NCBI GenBank assembly: GCA_016432345.1
Contig: CP066685.1
Coordinates: 624,236-688,235, forward strand
Reading direction: 5' to 3'
Source of the DNA: Candidatus Levyibacteriota bacterium
GTDB taxonomy: Bacteria > Patescibacteriota > Microgenomatia > Levybacterales > UBA12049
Length of the DNA stretch: 64,000 nt
The notes beneath the pieces were generated by a model, which did no database searches, had not been told where the DNA came from, and was given only the letters and a program-made list of their open reading frames with translations. Position numbers and translations under genes: made by a program. This document shows, in pieces, positions 25,437 to 34,498 of this stretch. Numbering within the stretch: position 1 is the first letter of the stretch; each line of letters begins with the position of its first letter.

Positions 25437-26354
25437 TTATGTTGTTCCATTGACATTGATAGGTATCTCTAGCTGATTGCTATTATCTGCTTGAATAATA
25501 TCTTTTACTTTTAATATTTCATAGTGTGTCCCAATTACTTCGTTATTATAATCATAATTTACCGTTATTTTGACATTTGCTTTTAGTGAATCTCCTGGTC
25601 TAACATTTATTTCTCTTGCTTGGAATTTTCTTAGCCATTCTATGTCAATGATTTTTGCATAAATAGGGATTTTTTCGTGCCGTAACTCCCATTGTGAATC
25701 GCCTAAGTAATCTGGTTTCTTAACTTTAAGTATCATTTCTGTTTTATTTGAAATTGACTCTTTTGTCAGCAAATCCTCTATTGATTCAGGAGAAAAATTA
25801 AATTCTAAATTAAAATCAACTCTTTTTTGCTCAGAAGTAGCAAAAATAACTTTTCCTCCCTCATCTACATATTTTAGAGAATCAGAAATTCTTCTTATCC
25901 CACCAATTAGTTTCGCTGTAGGAATAGGTGAATAGGAAGGGATCCTTTTTACATCTGTTTCTTCCGCCAATTTATATAATCCATCCTCTAATTCTTTAAT
26001 TTGTTCTCGTGAAGAAATCTCAGTTTTTCCATCTAGAAATTTAATTATGGCGTATTTACCTTTTACTAAATAAGATCCAACAGCTTTTTTCCAATCCAAA
26101 TCTTTTAATCCATCATCTGGTATACTTTCTAAAGTATTTTTAAACCACCCCTTAATGGATCCTTTTTTTAAATCTTCCAGTACAGTAATGGGTTTAATTT
26201 TTGAATCAATTGAATTGACCAAATCTTCATCAACAGAATGTAATGCCTCAAGTATTTCCGATAATGTTCTAAAAGCCTTTGAGGGATTTACTTTAGTACT
26301 ATCAAATTGTATTTCTATACCAAAATCAGGTGTAAGATCAGTATTATTTACCAT
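25437..26354 (-). CDS. hypothetical soluble protein (orphan, 305 aa)
   Basis: Long ORF, Lys/Glu/Asp/Ile-rich, with no motif. Confidence 0.5.
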   Translation of the reverse strand: MVNNTDLTPDFGIEIQFDSTKVNPSKAFRTLSEILEALHSVDEDLVNSIDSKIKPITVLEDLKKGSIKGWFKNTLESIPDDGLKDLDWKKAVGSYLVKGKYAIIKFLDGKTEISSREQIKELEDGLYKLAEETDVKRIPSYSPIPTAKLIGGIRRISDSLKYVDEGGKVIFATSEQKRVDFNLEFNFSPESIEDLLTKESISNKTEMILKVKKPDYLGDSQWELRHEKIPIYAKIIDIEWLRKFQAREINVRPGDSLKANVKITVNYDYNNEVIGTHYEILKVKDIIQADNSNQLEIPINVNGTT

Positions 26355-26572
26355 AATTTAACTTTATTTTAAAATCTATATAAATGCAAGGAGTAGTTTT
26401 ATGAAAACTTGCAGTCGCCTTGCTGCAAGTTTAGCAGTAAAACATTAAGAAATCAAGGCATCAAAAATAATCAAACTATTCCTTGTTTTGATGGGATAAG
26501 TGCCCTTTTTGATTTAATTTGCATCAGATAATCAGTCTTGTATTAAGAGCCATTAACTGCTAAATTCTTGAT

Positions 26573-26890
26573 GGACTCAACAATTTACGAAATTGCTTTT
26601 TTTAATGGCGTAATCGGACAACAGAAAGCAATTTCTTGTTGAGTCCACCGGTTACGCCTTTTGAGTTGGAAAACTATAGGGGAAAAGTTCTTTAAAAATT
26701 TTCGCGTTTTTTGGGGTTGCTAAGGCAACCCGTTCGAGACGACAGTTTTTAGAGCTTCGGCCGAAGGCCGAGCGGATAAGAGGCGACGCGAAAAGGCGCG
26801 CGCCGCCTACCTTTGCGATTGGAAACGAGTTCGGATTTTTCGATAAACGCTCACCGTAGCGGGGTCTGATGAATCAGACTTATTGATTAG
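26573..26890. ncRNA. GC-rich hairpin-dense non-coding island R2 (unknown family; orientation unresolved)
   Basis: No ORF of 60 aa or more in any frame. A 22-bp interrupted helix pairs 26573-26599 with 26625-26646, and 11 nt of its loop are complementary to 26648-26658. Further hairpins lie at 26714-26731, 26754-26773 and 26864-26879. The core GTTCGAGACGACAGTTTTT sits at 26732-26750. A possible + strand promoter is TTGTAT-17 nt-TAAATT (26538-26566). Confidence 0.4.
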
Positions 26891-27023
26891 CTCGAAATAC
26901 GGCGCTAAACTAGTGTTTCCAGAAATTCCCCAACGACTGCTAAAACTATTGTCATATCTATATTTTTATCTTCCTGTTTATTCTTATTTTCGTTTAGTAC
27001 TGCTATTTCTTGTACAATTTCTT

Positions 27024-27176
27024 TTAAATTGTCCTCTCACCATTTTCCCCATAACCTGAGTAATTATGCTTGTCATAACCTAATATGGCTGTCCTTTCTC
27101 CCTCCATTAATGATTCCAGCATTAATTTAAACATCTTTTTTAATAATTCATCTTTGTTAATATTTTGGTTATTCAA
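27024..27176 (-). pseudogene. 50-codon ORF resembling the N-terminus of an IS256/Mutator-family transposase (remnant?)
   Basis: GGAGGTGA RBS 5 nt before a TTG start. LLKKMFKLMLESLMEGERTAILGYDKHNYSGYGENG loosely matches the conserved LMEAE...LGY...NGY N-terminal pattern. The frame stops after 50 codons and no catalytic domain follows. Confidence 0.3.
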
Positions 27177-27266
27177 ATTGTTCACCTCCCTTCCTTTTTA
27201 GTATAACTTAATCAGGAGTTTACACAATTTAGTTTACAGTACCGAAAATTGTGATACACTAAAAAA

Positions 27267-27992
27267 GTGGATGTTTTATTCTTTATATCAGCATTTTTGG
27301 CAGAAGTTATTGGTACAATAGCTGGTTTTGGTTCGTCAACTATATTTCTTCCTCTTACATTACTATTTTTTGATTTTCGTACCGCTTTGGTCTTGGTTGC
27401 TTTCTTTCATATCATCGGCAATATCGGAAGAATTAGCTTTTTTAGACATGGCTTAGATAAGAGTTTAATTGTTGAGTTTGGTATTCCAAGTGTTGTCCTT
27501 ACTCTTATAGGAGCACTGCTTGTGTCGTCCATACCCCAAGATGTACTGAAAGGAATTTTAGGTATATTCCTTGTTTCATTTGCAATTTACTCCCTTTGGA
27601 AAGAGGATTTTGTAATACCTGCCTCAACGACCAATGCAGTGATAGGTGGCGGCTTATCAGGCTTTCTTGCCGGGCTTATAGGTACAGGAGGAGCATTGCG
27701 TGGAGCTTTCTTGACTGGCTTTAGATTACCAAAAGAAAAATACATCGCCACGGCTGCTGCAATTGCCTTAGCAGTAGATATTACAAGAATACCAGTTTAT
27801 CTAAACCAAGGGTTTTTAAGTAGTAAATATTACTGGTATCTGCCTGTTTTATTTATTCTGGCTATTGCAGGCTCTTTTACTGGAAGGCAGATTGTTAAAA
27901 GATTTAGATATGAGGTATTTAGAAAGATAGTTCTTATTGCTATTCTTTTAGTCGGGATAAAATTTATATTTGACTGGCTAGTAATAAATTAA
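27267..27992 (+). CDS. TauE/SafE (TSUP) family anion exporter
   Basis: 241 aa, polytopic. The AGFGSSTIFLPL and GTGGALRGAFL repeats are typical of the TSUP family. Confidence 0.75.
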   Translation: MDVLFFISAFLAEVIGTIAGFGSSTIFLPLTLLFFDFRTALVLVAFFHIIGNIGRISFFRHGLDKSLIVEFGIPSVVLTLIGALLVSSIPQDVLKGILGIFLVSFAIYSLWKEDFVIPASTTNAVIGGGLSGFLAGLIGTGGALRGAFLTGFRLPKEKYIATAAAIALAVDITRIPVYLNQGFLSSKYYWYLPVLFILAIAGSFTGRQIVKRFRYEVFRKIVLIAILLVGIKFIFDWLVIN

Positions 27993-28046
27993 TTAGCAGA
28001 AAAGGCAAAGGCAAAGCAACCTATTATGTTTAGGCAGTCAGTCACC

Positions 28047-28751
28047 CTAAGCAAGCTCGTTTTCTTGTGCCAGAGTAAAGAATTCTTTTGTAAATTCGGG
28101 GAGGTTTTTTCTTTTTATATAATTTTTCCAATCTTTTTCCTGTGTTTTGTGGCACTTAAAAGCCTGTAGCTTCGTTTCTGTAGTTTTTAAAATATTAACA
28201 ACTGTTGTTATATCGTTTTCGTGCGTACCCTCTATCTTTCCAAAAGAGGTATATAGCGTTCCAAGCTGCTCAAGTTTGGCAAGCAGGCTTTTGGGAATAT
28301 CCGCATAATAAAGACGAACATGTTCGTCGGTTTTCTTTACATACGATGCAAACGCATGTGTTGCTGCTTTGTTGATTTGCATATGATCGGGGTGACGGGA
28401 ACCTCCTTCTTTATTAAATGTAATAACAATATCCGGTTGTTCTTTAACTATAATCTTTTCTATTTTTTCGCTAAGTTCTGCAACAGAAATTTTATCAAGC
28501 TTTCCATCTTTGTAATCGAGAAAGAAAATTTGTGATATTCCCAAAATTTTTGCAGCGCTGCGAAGCTCTTTTTCTCGCACATTTCCAAGTTCTTCTTGCG
28601 TGCAAAGAGCAGTATCCCCAACAGACCCTGCTTCACCCCGGGTTGCAGTAATAAGCTTTACCGTTGCGCCTTTTTTCGTCAGTTTTGCAATTGTGCCGCC
28701 ACACGAAAAACTCTCGTCGTCTGGATGGGCAAAAACACAAAGTACTTTCAT
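28047..28751 (-). CDS. PIG-L/LmbE-family N-acetylglucosaminyl deacetylase (MshB/BshB-like)
   Basis: 234 aa. VLCVFAHPDDESFSCGG and HPDH are the LmbE metal-site signatures. Confidence 0.85.
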   Translation of the reverse strand: MKVLCVFAHPDDESFSCGGTIAKLTKKGATVKLITATRGEAGSVGDTALCTQEELGNVREKELRSAAKILGISQIFFLDYKDGKLDKISVAELSEKIEKIIVKEQPDIVITFNKEGGSRHPDHMQINKAATHAFASYVKKTDEHVRLYYADIPKSLLAKLEQLGTLYTSFGKIEGTHENDITTVVNILKTTETKLQAFKCHKTQEKDWKNYIKRKNLPEFTKEFFTLAQENELA

Positions 28752-28767
28752 ATTGTATAATTATAGC

Positions 28768-29883
28768 ATGAAGATTTATAATTCCCTCACCAAAAAAAAA
28801 GAACCATTTGTTTCTCTTAGTAAGAGTTTAGTAAAAATATATGTTTGCGGCATTACACCTTACGATACTACTCATCTTGGCCACGCTTTTACCTATGTTT
28901 TTTTTGATGTTGTCTATCGGTACCTTACCTATCAAGGCTACAACGTAACATACACTCAAAATGTTACTGATATAGATGACGACATTTTGAAAAAAGCACA
29001 AGAAGTAGGCAAAAATTGGAAGGAATTGGGTGATTTCTGGACTAATCGCTTTACAACGGATATGAAATCGCTCAATGTCTTGCCCCCAACACATTATATA
29101 AAAGCCACAGATTCAATAACGATGATAATACGTATCATTAAAGCGCTTATGAATAAAGGATTTGCGTATCAAATAGATGAAAATGTATATTTCTCAGTTG
29201 AAAAGGACAAAAAGTACGGAAAACTTTCAAGGCTTTCAAAAAAAGAAATGATAATTCTTTTAAAAGAAAGAGGGGGTGATCCCAATGATCCGCATAAAAA
29301 AAATCCATTAGATTTTTTGCTGTGGCAAAAGTCAAAAGACGACGAGCCTTATTGGAAAAGTCCATTTGGAAAAGGCCGTCCTGGCTGGCATATTGAATGC
29401 AGTGCAATGAATTTTGAGTATTTAGGTAAACAAATAGATATTCATGGTGGCGGATATGATCTTATTTATCCTCATCACGAAAGCGAAACTGCCCAGTCAG
29501 AATCTTTCACTGGTATATCTCCGTTTGTAAGATATTGGCTGCATACAGCCATGCTAAAATATCAAGGCCAAAAAATGTCAAAATCACTTGGAAATCTGGT
29601 ATTGGTTTCTGATTTATTACAAAAGTATTCCCCAAACGCTATCCGCTATCTGTTGCTTTCTCATCATTATCGCTCTTCATGGGAATACAAAGAAAGTGAA
29701 TTAGAAAATGCAGAAAAAAAAGTTCGGAAACTGCTTAATACTGTTAGTAAATCTACTAATAACTCTGATTTATCTAAAATCTCTGCAGCGCTTGATGACG
29801 ATTTTAATACGCCGCTTGCGCTTGCATTATTGCAAAAGTATCCAACATACGATTTAATGTCGCTTTTAGGCTTTATATTATGA
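28768..29883 (+). CDS. class-I CysRS-fold enzyme lacking an anticodon-binding domain; MshC-like cysteine ligase or truncated cysteinyl-tRNA synthetase
   Basis: I use the ATG at 28768 (MKIYNSL), giving 371 aa. The tracked 28600 start overlaps the divergent gene. Motifs: CGITPYDTTHLGHA (HIGH), GRPGWHIECSAM, HGGGYDLIYPHHE, KMSKSLGNLVLVS, and ERGGDPNDP, which I recall from MshC rather than CysRS. Confidence 0.85.
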   Translation: MKIYNSLTKKKEPFVSLSKSLVKIYVCGITPYDTTHLGHAFTYVFFDVVYRYLTYQGYNVTYTQNVTDIDDDILKKAQEVGKNWKELGDFWTNRFTTDMKSLNVLPPTHYIKATDSITMIIRIIKALMNKGFAYQIDENVYFSVEKDKKYGKLSRLSKKEMIILLKERGGDPNDPHKKNPLDFLLWQKSKDDEPYWKSPFGKGRPGWHIECSAMNFEYLGKQIDIHGGGYDLIYPHHESETAQSESFTGISPFVRYWLHTAMLKYQGQKMSKSLGNLVLVSDLLQKYSPNAIRYLLLSHHYRSSWEYKESELENAEKKVRKLLNTVSKSTNNSDLSKISAALDDDFNTPLALALLQKYPTYDLMSLLGFIL

Positions 29884-31031
29884 AAATGAAACTGATATTC
29901 CTTATGTTTCTAGCTATTCAACACTTGGTGTTAGCTGTTGGCGTGGCGGCTGCTGTAGAAAATCCACTCTCTACTCCAAACAATAAATACGGCATTCATA
30001 TACTTTTTCCAGAAGAAGTTGAACAGGCGGCAAATCTTATTAATTCAAGCGGGGGAGACTATGGCTACGTTACAATTCCTATCCAAGCGGGAGACAAAGA
30101 CTTGCAAAAATGGCAAACATTTATGAATAAAGCCAGAGATTTGCATGTAATTCCGCTTATTCGTTTGGCCACAGAAGGGGACTATTTTAATACCAAATTA
30201 TGGAGAAAACCAACGGCAGAAGATGTATTGGACTTTGCAAATTTTTTATCATCTCTTTCCTGGCCGACAAAAAATAAATATATTATCGTTTTTAACGAAG
30301 TAAATAGGGGAGATGAGTGGGGCGGTTCTCCAAACGCGGCAGAGTACGCGGATTTATTGTTATATGCTTCAACTGTTTTTAAAAATAAAAGTGCGGATTT
30401 TTTTATTATCTCGTCAGGTCTTGATAATGCCGCGCCAAACGAGAGAGGTGTTTTTATCAACGAATACGATTATTTACAACAAATGCGCCAGGCTCAACCA
30501 ACCTTGTTTAACAGCATTGATGGTTTAGGAAGCCATTCCTATCCAAACCCAGGTTTCTCGCAGTCTCCGACAAACAATGGCTTAACAGGTGTCGCCAGCT
30601 TTAGGTACGAACGAAATCTTGTTAAAACACTTTCTGGCAGGCAGCTGCCTATCTTTATTACAGAAACAGGTTGGAGCCGCGATAGTGTGCCAGAGCCTAA
30701 AATTGAAAATTACTACCAAGAAGCGTTTTCTTCAATATGGAATGATTCTGCAATCGTCGCCATTACTCCCTTTTTATTAAGGGCGGGAACTCCGCCATTT
30801 GACAAATTTTCTTTTATATCCGAAAACGGCGGCAATCAAATATATAATGTTGTTGAAAAACTGCCAAAAGTAAAAGGTGAGCCTATTCTTGAGGATAAGC
30901 AGCAAGAAAGCACACCGTCGGCAAAAGTTTTAGGAGCAAAAGATTTTTCTAAAAAAACATACCAAGAAACTATGATTTTTGAACTTCCCCAGTCGGTCAA
31001 AATCCTAACCCGTTGGCTGCTGAAAATATAG
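29880..31031 (+). CDS. secreted TIM-barrel glycoside-hydrolase-like protein
   Basis: 383 aa with a signal peptide. NEVN and IFITETGWS resemble the clan GH-A acid/base and nucleophile strands. Confidence 0.5.
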   Translation: MKMKLIFLMFLAIQHLVLAVGVAAAVENPLSTPNNKYGIHILFPEEVEQAANLINSSGGDYGYVTIPIQAGDKDLQKWQTFMNKARDLHVIPLIRLATEGDYFNTKLWRKPTAEDVLDFANFLSSLSWPTKNKYIIVFNEVNRGDEWGGSPNAAEYADLLLYASTVFKNKSADFFIISSGLDNAAPNERGVFINEYDYLQQMRQAQPTLFNSIDGLGSHSYPNPGFSQSPTNNGLTGVASFRYERNLVKTLSGRQLPIFITETGWSRDSVPEPKIENYYQEAFSSIWNDSAIVAITPFLLRAGTPPFDKFSFISENGGNQIYNVVEKLPKVKGEPILEDKQQESTPSAKVLGAKDFSKKTYQETMIFELPQSVKILTRWLLKI

Positions 31032-31063
31032 TCTTTTTGTGGTAAAATAGAGGTTAGAAATGT

Positions 31064-31573
31064 ATGGATTTATCCTATAGTGAATTTCAGAGCTTATCGC
31101 ACGGGGTGCTGCGGCTGGAAGATGTTATCAAGGAAATAAAATATTTTCTGGAAGAAAATCCAGATGCGCAATATAGTTTAGTTATCGGATCGGATTCTCA
31201 AGAGAAAACAGAAAGTCTAAAAAATGGTTCTTTAACTGTTGTTACTGCAGTGGTGGTGCACCGAAAAGGGTTTGGCGGAAAGTATTTTTGGCAGAAAAAA
31301 ATACTGCCAAAAACAAAAACATTGCGGGAAAAAATTTATACCGAAACCCTGACATCTCTTTCTTTTGCCACCTTTTTTGTGCCAATGCTTAAAAAATCGC
31401 TTAATGGCAAAAGCCCAAACTATAATTTGGAAATTCATGTTGATGTTGGCGAACATGGCGAAACACGGAACATGATTAAAGAAGTTGTTGGGATGGTAGT
31501 GGGCAATGGTTTTGTCGCCAAAATAAAACCCCTTGCTTTTGGAGCATCGTATGTGGCCGATAAACACACCTAA
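31064..31573 (+). CDS. YkuK/DUF458-like RNase H-fold protein
   Basis: 169 aa. The YSLVIGSDSQ pattern and the protein size fit DUF458. Confidence 0.55.
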   Translation: MDLSYSEFQSLSHGVLRLEDVIKEIKYFLEENPDAQYSLVIGSDSQEKTESLKNGSLTVVTAVVVHRKGFGGKYFWQKKILPKTKTLREKIYTETLTSLSFATFFVPMLKKSLNGKSPNYNLEIHVDVGEHGETRNMIKEVVGMVVGNGFVAKIKPLAFGASYVADKHT

Positions 31574-31991
31574 AAAAAAATCAAAAGTTAAAAATCAAAA
31601 GTTAAAAGTTAAGAAGTTGGAGTGGGAAGAGGCAACAGATGTTAAAAAAGACATTAGGCATTTGCTGGAAACAATTGATTTTTACCATATCAATCCCACC
31701 AGAATTTTTTGTTACCGAACGAACGGGTCAAAATCGCGGTCTTACGCCCGCATTTGGTCTTTTCCCAAAATCTTCCAGCATGCCTTAAAAATTGAAGCGT
31801 CGTATGTTATCGAAGTATTGTCAAAATACTACGATAAGCTAAATACTGACGAGCAGAAAAAAGTATTAATTCACGAGCTGCTGCATATTCCCAAAAATTT
31901 CTCCGGCGCGCTTTTACCCCACCGCACCAAAAGCCGAAGCATAGGAAAAATGGTTAATGAATTGTTTAAAAAATACAAAAGTAAGATATGA
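31551..31991 (+). CDS. putative HExxH zinc metallopeptidase (SprT-like)
   Basis: VLIHELLHIP motif. The start is uncertain; the internal ATG at 31551 was chosen. Confidence 0.45.
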   Translation: MWPINTPKKKSKVKNQKLKVKKLEWEEATDVKKDIRHLLETIDFYHINPTRIFCYRTNGSKSRSYARIWSFPKIFQHALKIEASYVIEVLSKYYDKLNTDEQKKVLIHELLHIPKNFSGALLPHRTKSRSIGKMVNELFKKYKSKI

Positions 31992-32680
31992 TAACTATTT
32001 TTCACGGCGACGACATTGTAACTTCTAGAAAATATTTTTTGCGGGAGAAAGAAAAATCTAATAATCCTTTTTCTTTCGATGGAGAAAAAATAACCCTAAC
32101 CGATCTTGTAGAGATTACAGAAGGAAGTATGCTTTTTGTTGAAGAAAAAAATATATTTATAGAAGAATTTTTTGGCAAAAATAAAAAAAATAAAGAGGTA
32201 GAGCAGATTATTTCTTATTTGCAGAAGAAGCAAAAACATATCCGTGCTTCTATCTGGGAGGGGAATATGCTTACAAAGAAACAACTTGGTTTATTTATAG
32301 ACGCAATAGTAAATCTTTATAAATTACCTCAAACAATGTTTGTTTTTCTCGACGCTATAAAGCCCAATTCAGGAGAAAAACTGATCGAACTTTTTAATGA
32401 AACAGTAAAAAACACCGAATTAGAACTCATTTTTTTTATGTTAATACGTCAATTTCGGCTTCTTTTGGCGCTTTCAGACACCAAATCAGATTCAATTGAC
32501 GAAATAAAACGGCTTGCTCCTTGGCAAAAAAGCAAACTTCAAAAACAAGCAAGTTATTTTTCTAAAGAAGAGCTACTTGCCATATATAAAAAGCTTTATG
32601 AAATTGATTTAGGAATAAAAACAGGAAGCCTCTCTTTACCTTTACGACACGCGGTTGACTTTTTTTTACTTGAAATATAA
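31988..32680 (+). CDS. possible DNA polymerase III delta subunit (HolA-like)
   Basis: 230 aa. The N-terminal IFHGDD pattern and the size resemble compact HolA; the evidence is weak. Confidence 0.35.
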   Translation: MITIFHGDDIVTSRKYFLREKEKSNNPFSFDGEKITLTDLVEITEGSMLFVEEKNIFIEEFFGKNKKNKEVEQIISYLQKKQKHIRASIWEGNMLTKKQLGLFIDAIVNLYKLPQTMFVFLDAIKPNSGEKLIELFNETVKNTELELIFFMLIRQFRLLLALSDTKSDSIDEIKRLAPWQKSKLQKQASYFSKEELLAIYKKLYEIDLGIKTGSLSLPLRHAVDFFLLEI

Positions 32681-32689
32681 GATAAATCA

Positions 32690-34051
32690 ATGACAATTAA
32701 TCCCGCTATTTTTAAGGGTTATGATATTCGCGGCATTTACCCTAACGAACTTAACGAAAAAAATATTGTTTTAGTGATAAAAGCAATATATACGCATCTT
32801 GGCCCCCAAACTATTGTTATTGGAACAGATATGCGGATTTCTTCTCCAAGTCTTACAAAAGCCGCAATAGAAACATTAGTCGGTCTTGGCGCAAAAGTTA
32901 TTGATATTGGTATGGTTTCGACCCCAACATTTTACTTTGCCGTATATCACTATGGCTATGATGCCGGTATTCAAATAACAGCTTCCCATAATCCCAAAGA
33001 ATGGAATGGGATAAAAATAGTCAAAAAAGGAAAATCCGGACTCATTAAAATCGGCAAAACAACAGGACTTGAAGAAATTAAACAACTGGCAATCGCGGGA
33101 GAATCAGCAACTTCTATGCCTGGCGGAACTGTAACCAAAAAATCTGGAATTTTAGAGGATGAAGTAGAAAATGCTCTAAAAATAGTTGGATATCCCGAAA
33201 TTAAGAAATTTAAAATTGTGGCCGATGCTGCCAATGCCATGGGTTCTCAATATATAGATGCCTTATTTAAAATAATACCTGGAAATCTTGTTAGAATGAA
33301 CTTTACATTAGATGGTGCTTTTCCTATCCATCAGCCCGATCCTTTGCAAAAAGAAACCCTTGTTGATTTGCAAAAAAAAGTAGTCGAAGAAAAAGCGGAT
33401 TTAGGTTTGGCGCCAGATGGCGATGGCGATAGATTATTTTTTATCGATGAAAAAGGTTCTATTATTCCGCCAACAATTATTACCTCAATTGTCGCAAAAG
33501 AAATTCTAAAGAAACACCCCAACGAAACAATATGTGTTGACATCCGCTATATTTTTACTCCACAGAAAATCATAGAAGAAAATGGCGGTAAAGTCGTTTT
33601 AACAAAAGTGGGGCATGCCTATATTACAAAGACTCTAAATGAAACTGGCGGTATTTTTGCTGGAGAATCATCGGCTCACTATTATTTTAAAGATACTGGT
33701 AATGCCGAATCGCAAATGCCTGTTATTTTAACAATTCTCAAAGTATTAACCGACAAAAATAAACCAATTTCCAAAGTTGTGGAAGAATATCGCCGAAGTT
33801 ATGAATCTGGTGAGATTAATTTCAAAACACCACATGCCCAAAGCATACTAGAAGCTGCAAAAACGAAATATAACGATGGAGTCATAAATACCATGGATGG
33901 CATCGCCATAAATTACAAAAATTGGAGATTTTCGCTTCGAATTTCAAACACAGAAAACCTACTTAGATTAAATGTGGAAAGCTACGACAAAAATATAATG
34001 GAACAAAAGCGCAGCGAACTAATCAATTTTATTAACTTGTTAACAGGTTAA
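32690..34051 (+). CDS. phosphomannomutase/phosphoglucomutase
   Basis: 453 aa. Active-site loop TASHNPKEWNG and metal loop APDGDGDR. Confidence 0.9.
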   Translation: MTINPAIFKGYDIRGIYPNELNEKNIVLVIKAIYTHLGPQTIVIGTDMRISSPSLTKAAIETLVGLGAKVIDIGMVSTPTFYFAVYHYGYDAGIQITASHNPKEWNGIKIVKKGKSGLIKIGKTTGLEEIKQLAIAGESATSMPGGTVTKKSGILEDEVENALKIVGYPEIKKFKIVADAANAMGSQYIDALFKIIPGNLVRMNFTLDGAFPIHQPDPLQKETLVDLQKKVVEEKADLGLAPDGDGDRLFFIDEKGSIIPPTIITSIVAKEILKKHPNETICVDIRYIFTPQKIIEENGGKVVLTKVGHAYITKTLNETGGIFAGESSAHYYFKDTGNAESQMPVILTILKVLTDKNKPISKVVEEYRRSYESGEINFKTPHAQSILEAAKTKYNDGVINTMDGIAINYKNWRFSLRISNTENLLRLNVESYDKNIMEQKRSELINFINLLTG

Positions 34052-34072
34052 TTACACTGGTATAATAATCTC

Positions 34073-34498
34073 GTGTCAAAAAATGTTAACCGTTTGATCT
34101 TTGTATTAAGTATTTTAGGCCTGATAATATCTGCCTTTTTAGCCTATGAATACCTGCAGCCTGCTTCAGTTGTCTGTCCAATAACGGGAAGTGGTTGCGA
34201 AACTGTTAGAAACAGCCAGTATTCAAGTATTTTAGGTATCTCCATACCTCATTTAGGCATACTCTATTACCTTATCACAGCTATATCTTCTATTTATCTA
34301 ATCCATAATTATCACAAAATGCTTGACAAATTTAGGTTTCTTATCAACATTTTAGCGCTGGTCTTTGGCATCTATCTAACTTACTTGGAAGCATTTATCA
34401 TCAAAGCTTATTGCTTTTGGTGTGTATCCTCGTTTATAATTTCTATACTAATTACAGTATTAAGCTGGAAAAGCATTTTAAGCAAAGATGAAAACTGA
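34073..34498 (+). CDS. vitamin K epoxide reductase (VKOR) family protein
   Basis: 141 aa with 4 TM helices, a loop Cys pair (CPITGSGC) and a CFWC redox motif. Confidence 0.8.
   Translation: MSKNVNRLIFVLSILGLIISAFLAYEYLQPASVVCPITGSGCETVRNSQYSSILGISIPHLGILYYLITAISSIYLIHNYHKMLDKFRFLINILALVFGIYLTYLEAFIIKAYCFWCVSSFIISILITVLSWKSILSKDEN

Noticed and set aside
26401-26448. 15-codon micro-ORF (MKTCSRLAASLAVKH) with an AAGGAG RBS that overlaps a perfect 10-bp hairpin.
   Set aside because: It could be a leader peptide, but no regulated downstream + strand gene follows it, and the hairpin alone explains the open frame. This is insufficient evidence.
26864-26879. CUGAUGA (26866-26872) followed ~22 nt later by GAAA: a hammerhead ribozyme core?
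   Set aside because: The CUGAUGA is consumed by its own perfect hairpin (GTCTGAT/ATCAGAC). The intervening sequence cannot form a proper stem II closed by G-C, and no stem I/III partners were found.
26919-26931. The minus strand reads GGGGAAUUUCUGGAAAC, reminiscent of a tmRNA 5' end.
   Set aside because: Within 300-400 nt downstream on that strand there is no T-arm (GGUUCGAxUCC), no complementary acceptor 3' strand and no tag-peptide-like reading frame.
28600-28767. N-terminal 56-codon extension of the CysRS/MshC-like ORF.
   Set aside because: It overlaps the divergent LmbE gene's 5' end and has no similarity to CysRS N-termini. Homology starts at MKIYNSL (28768).
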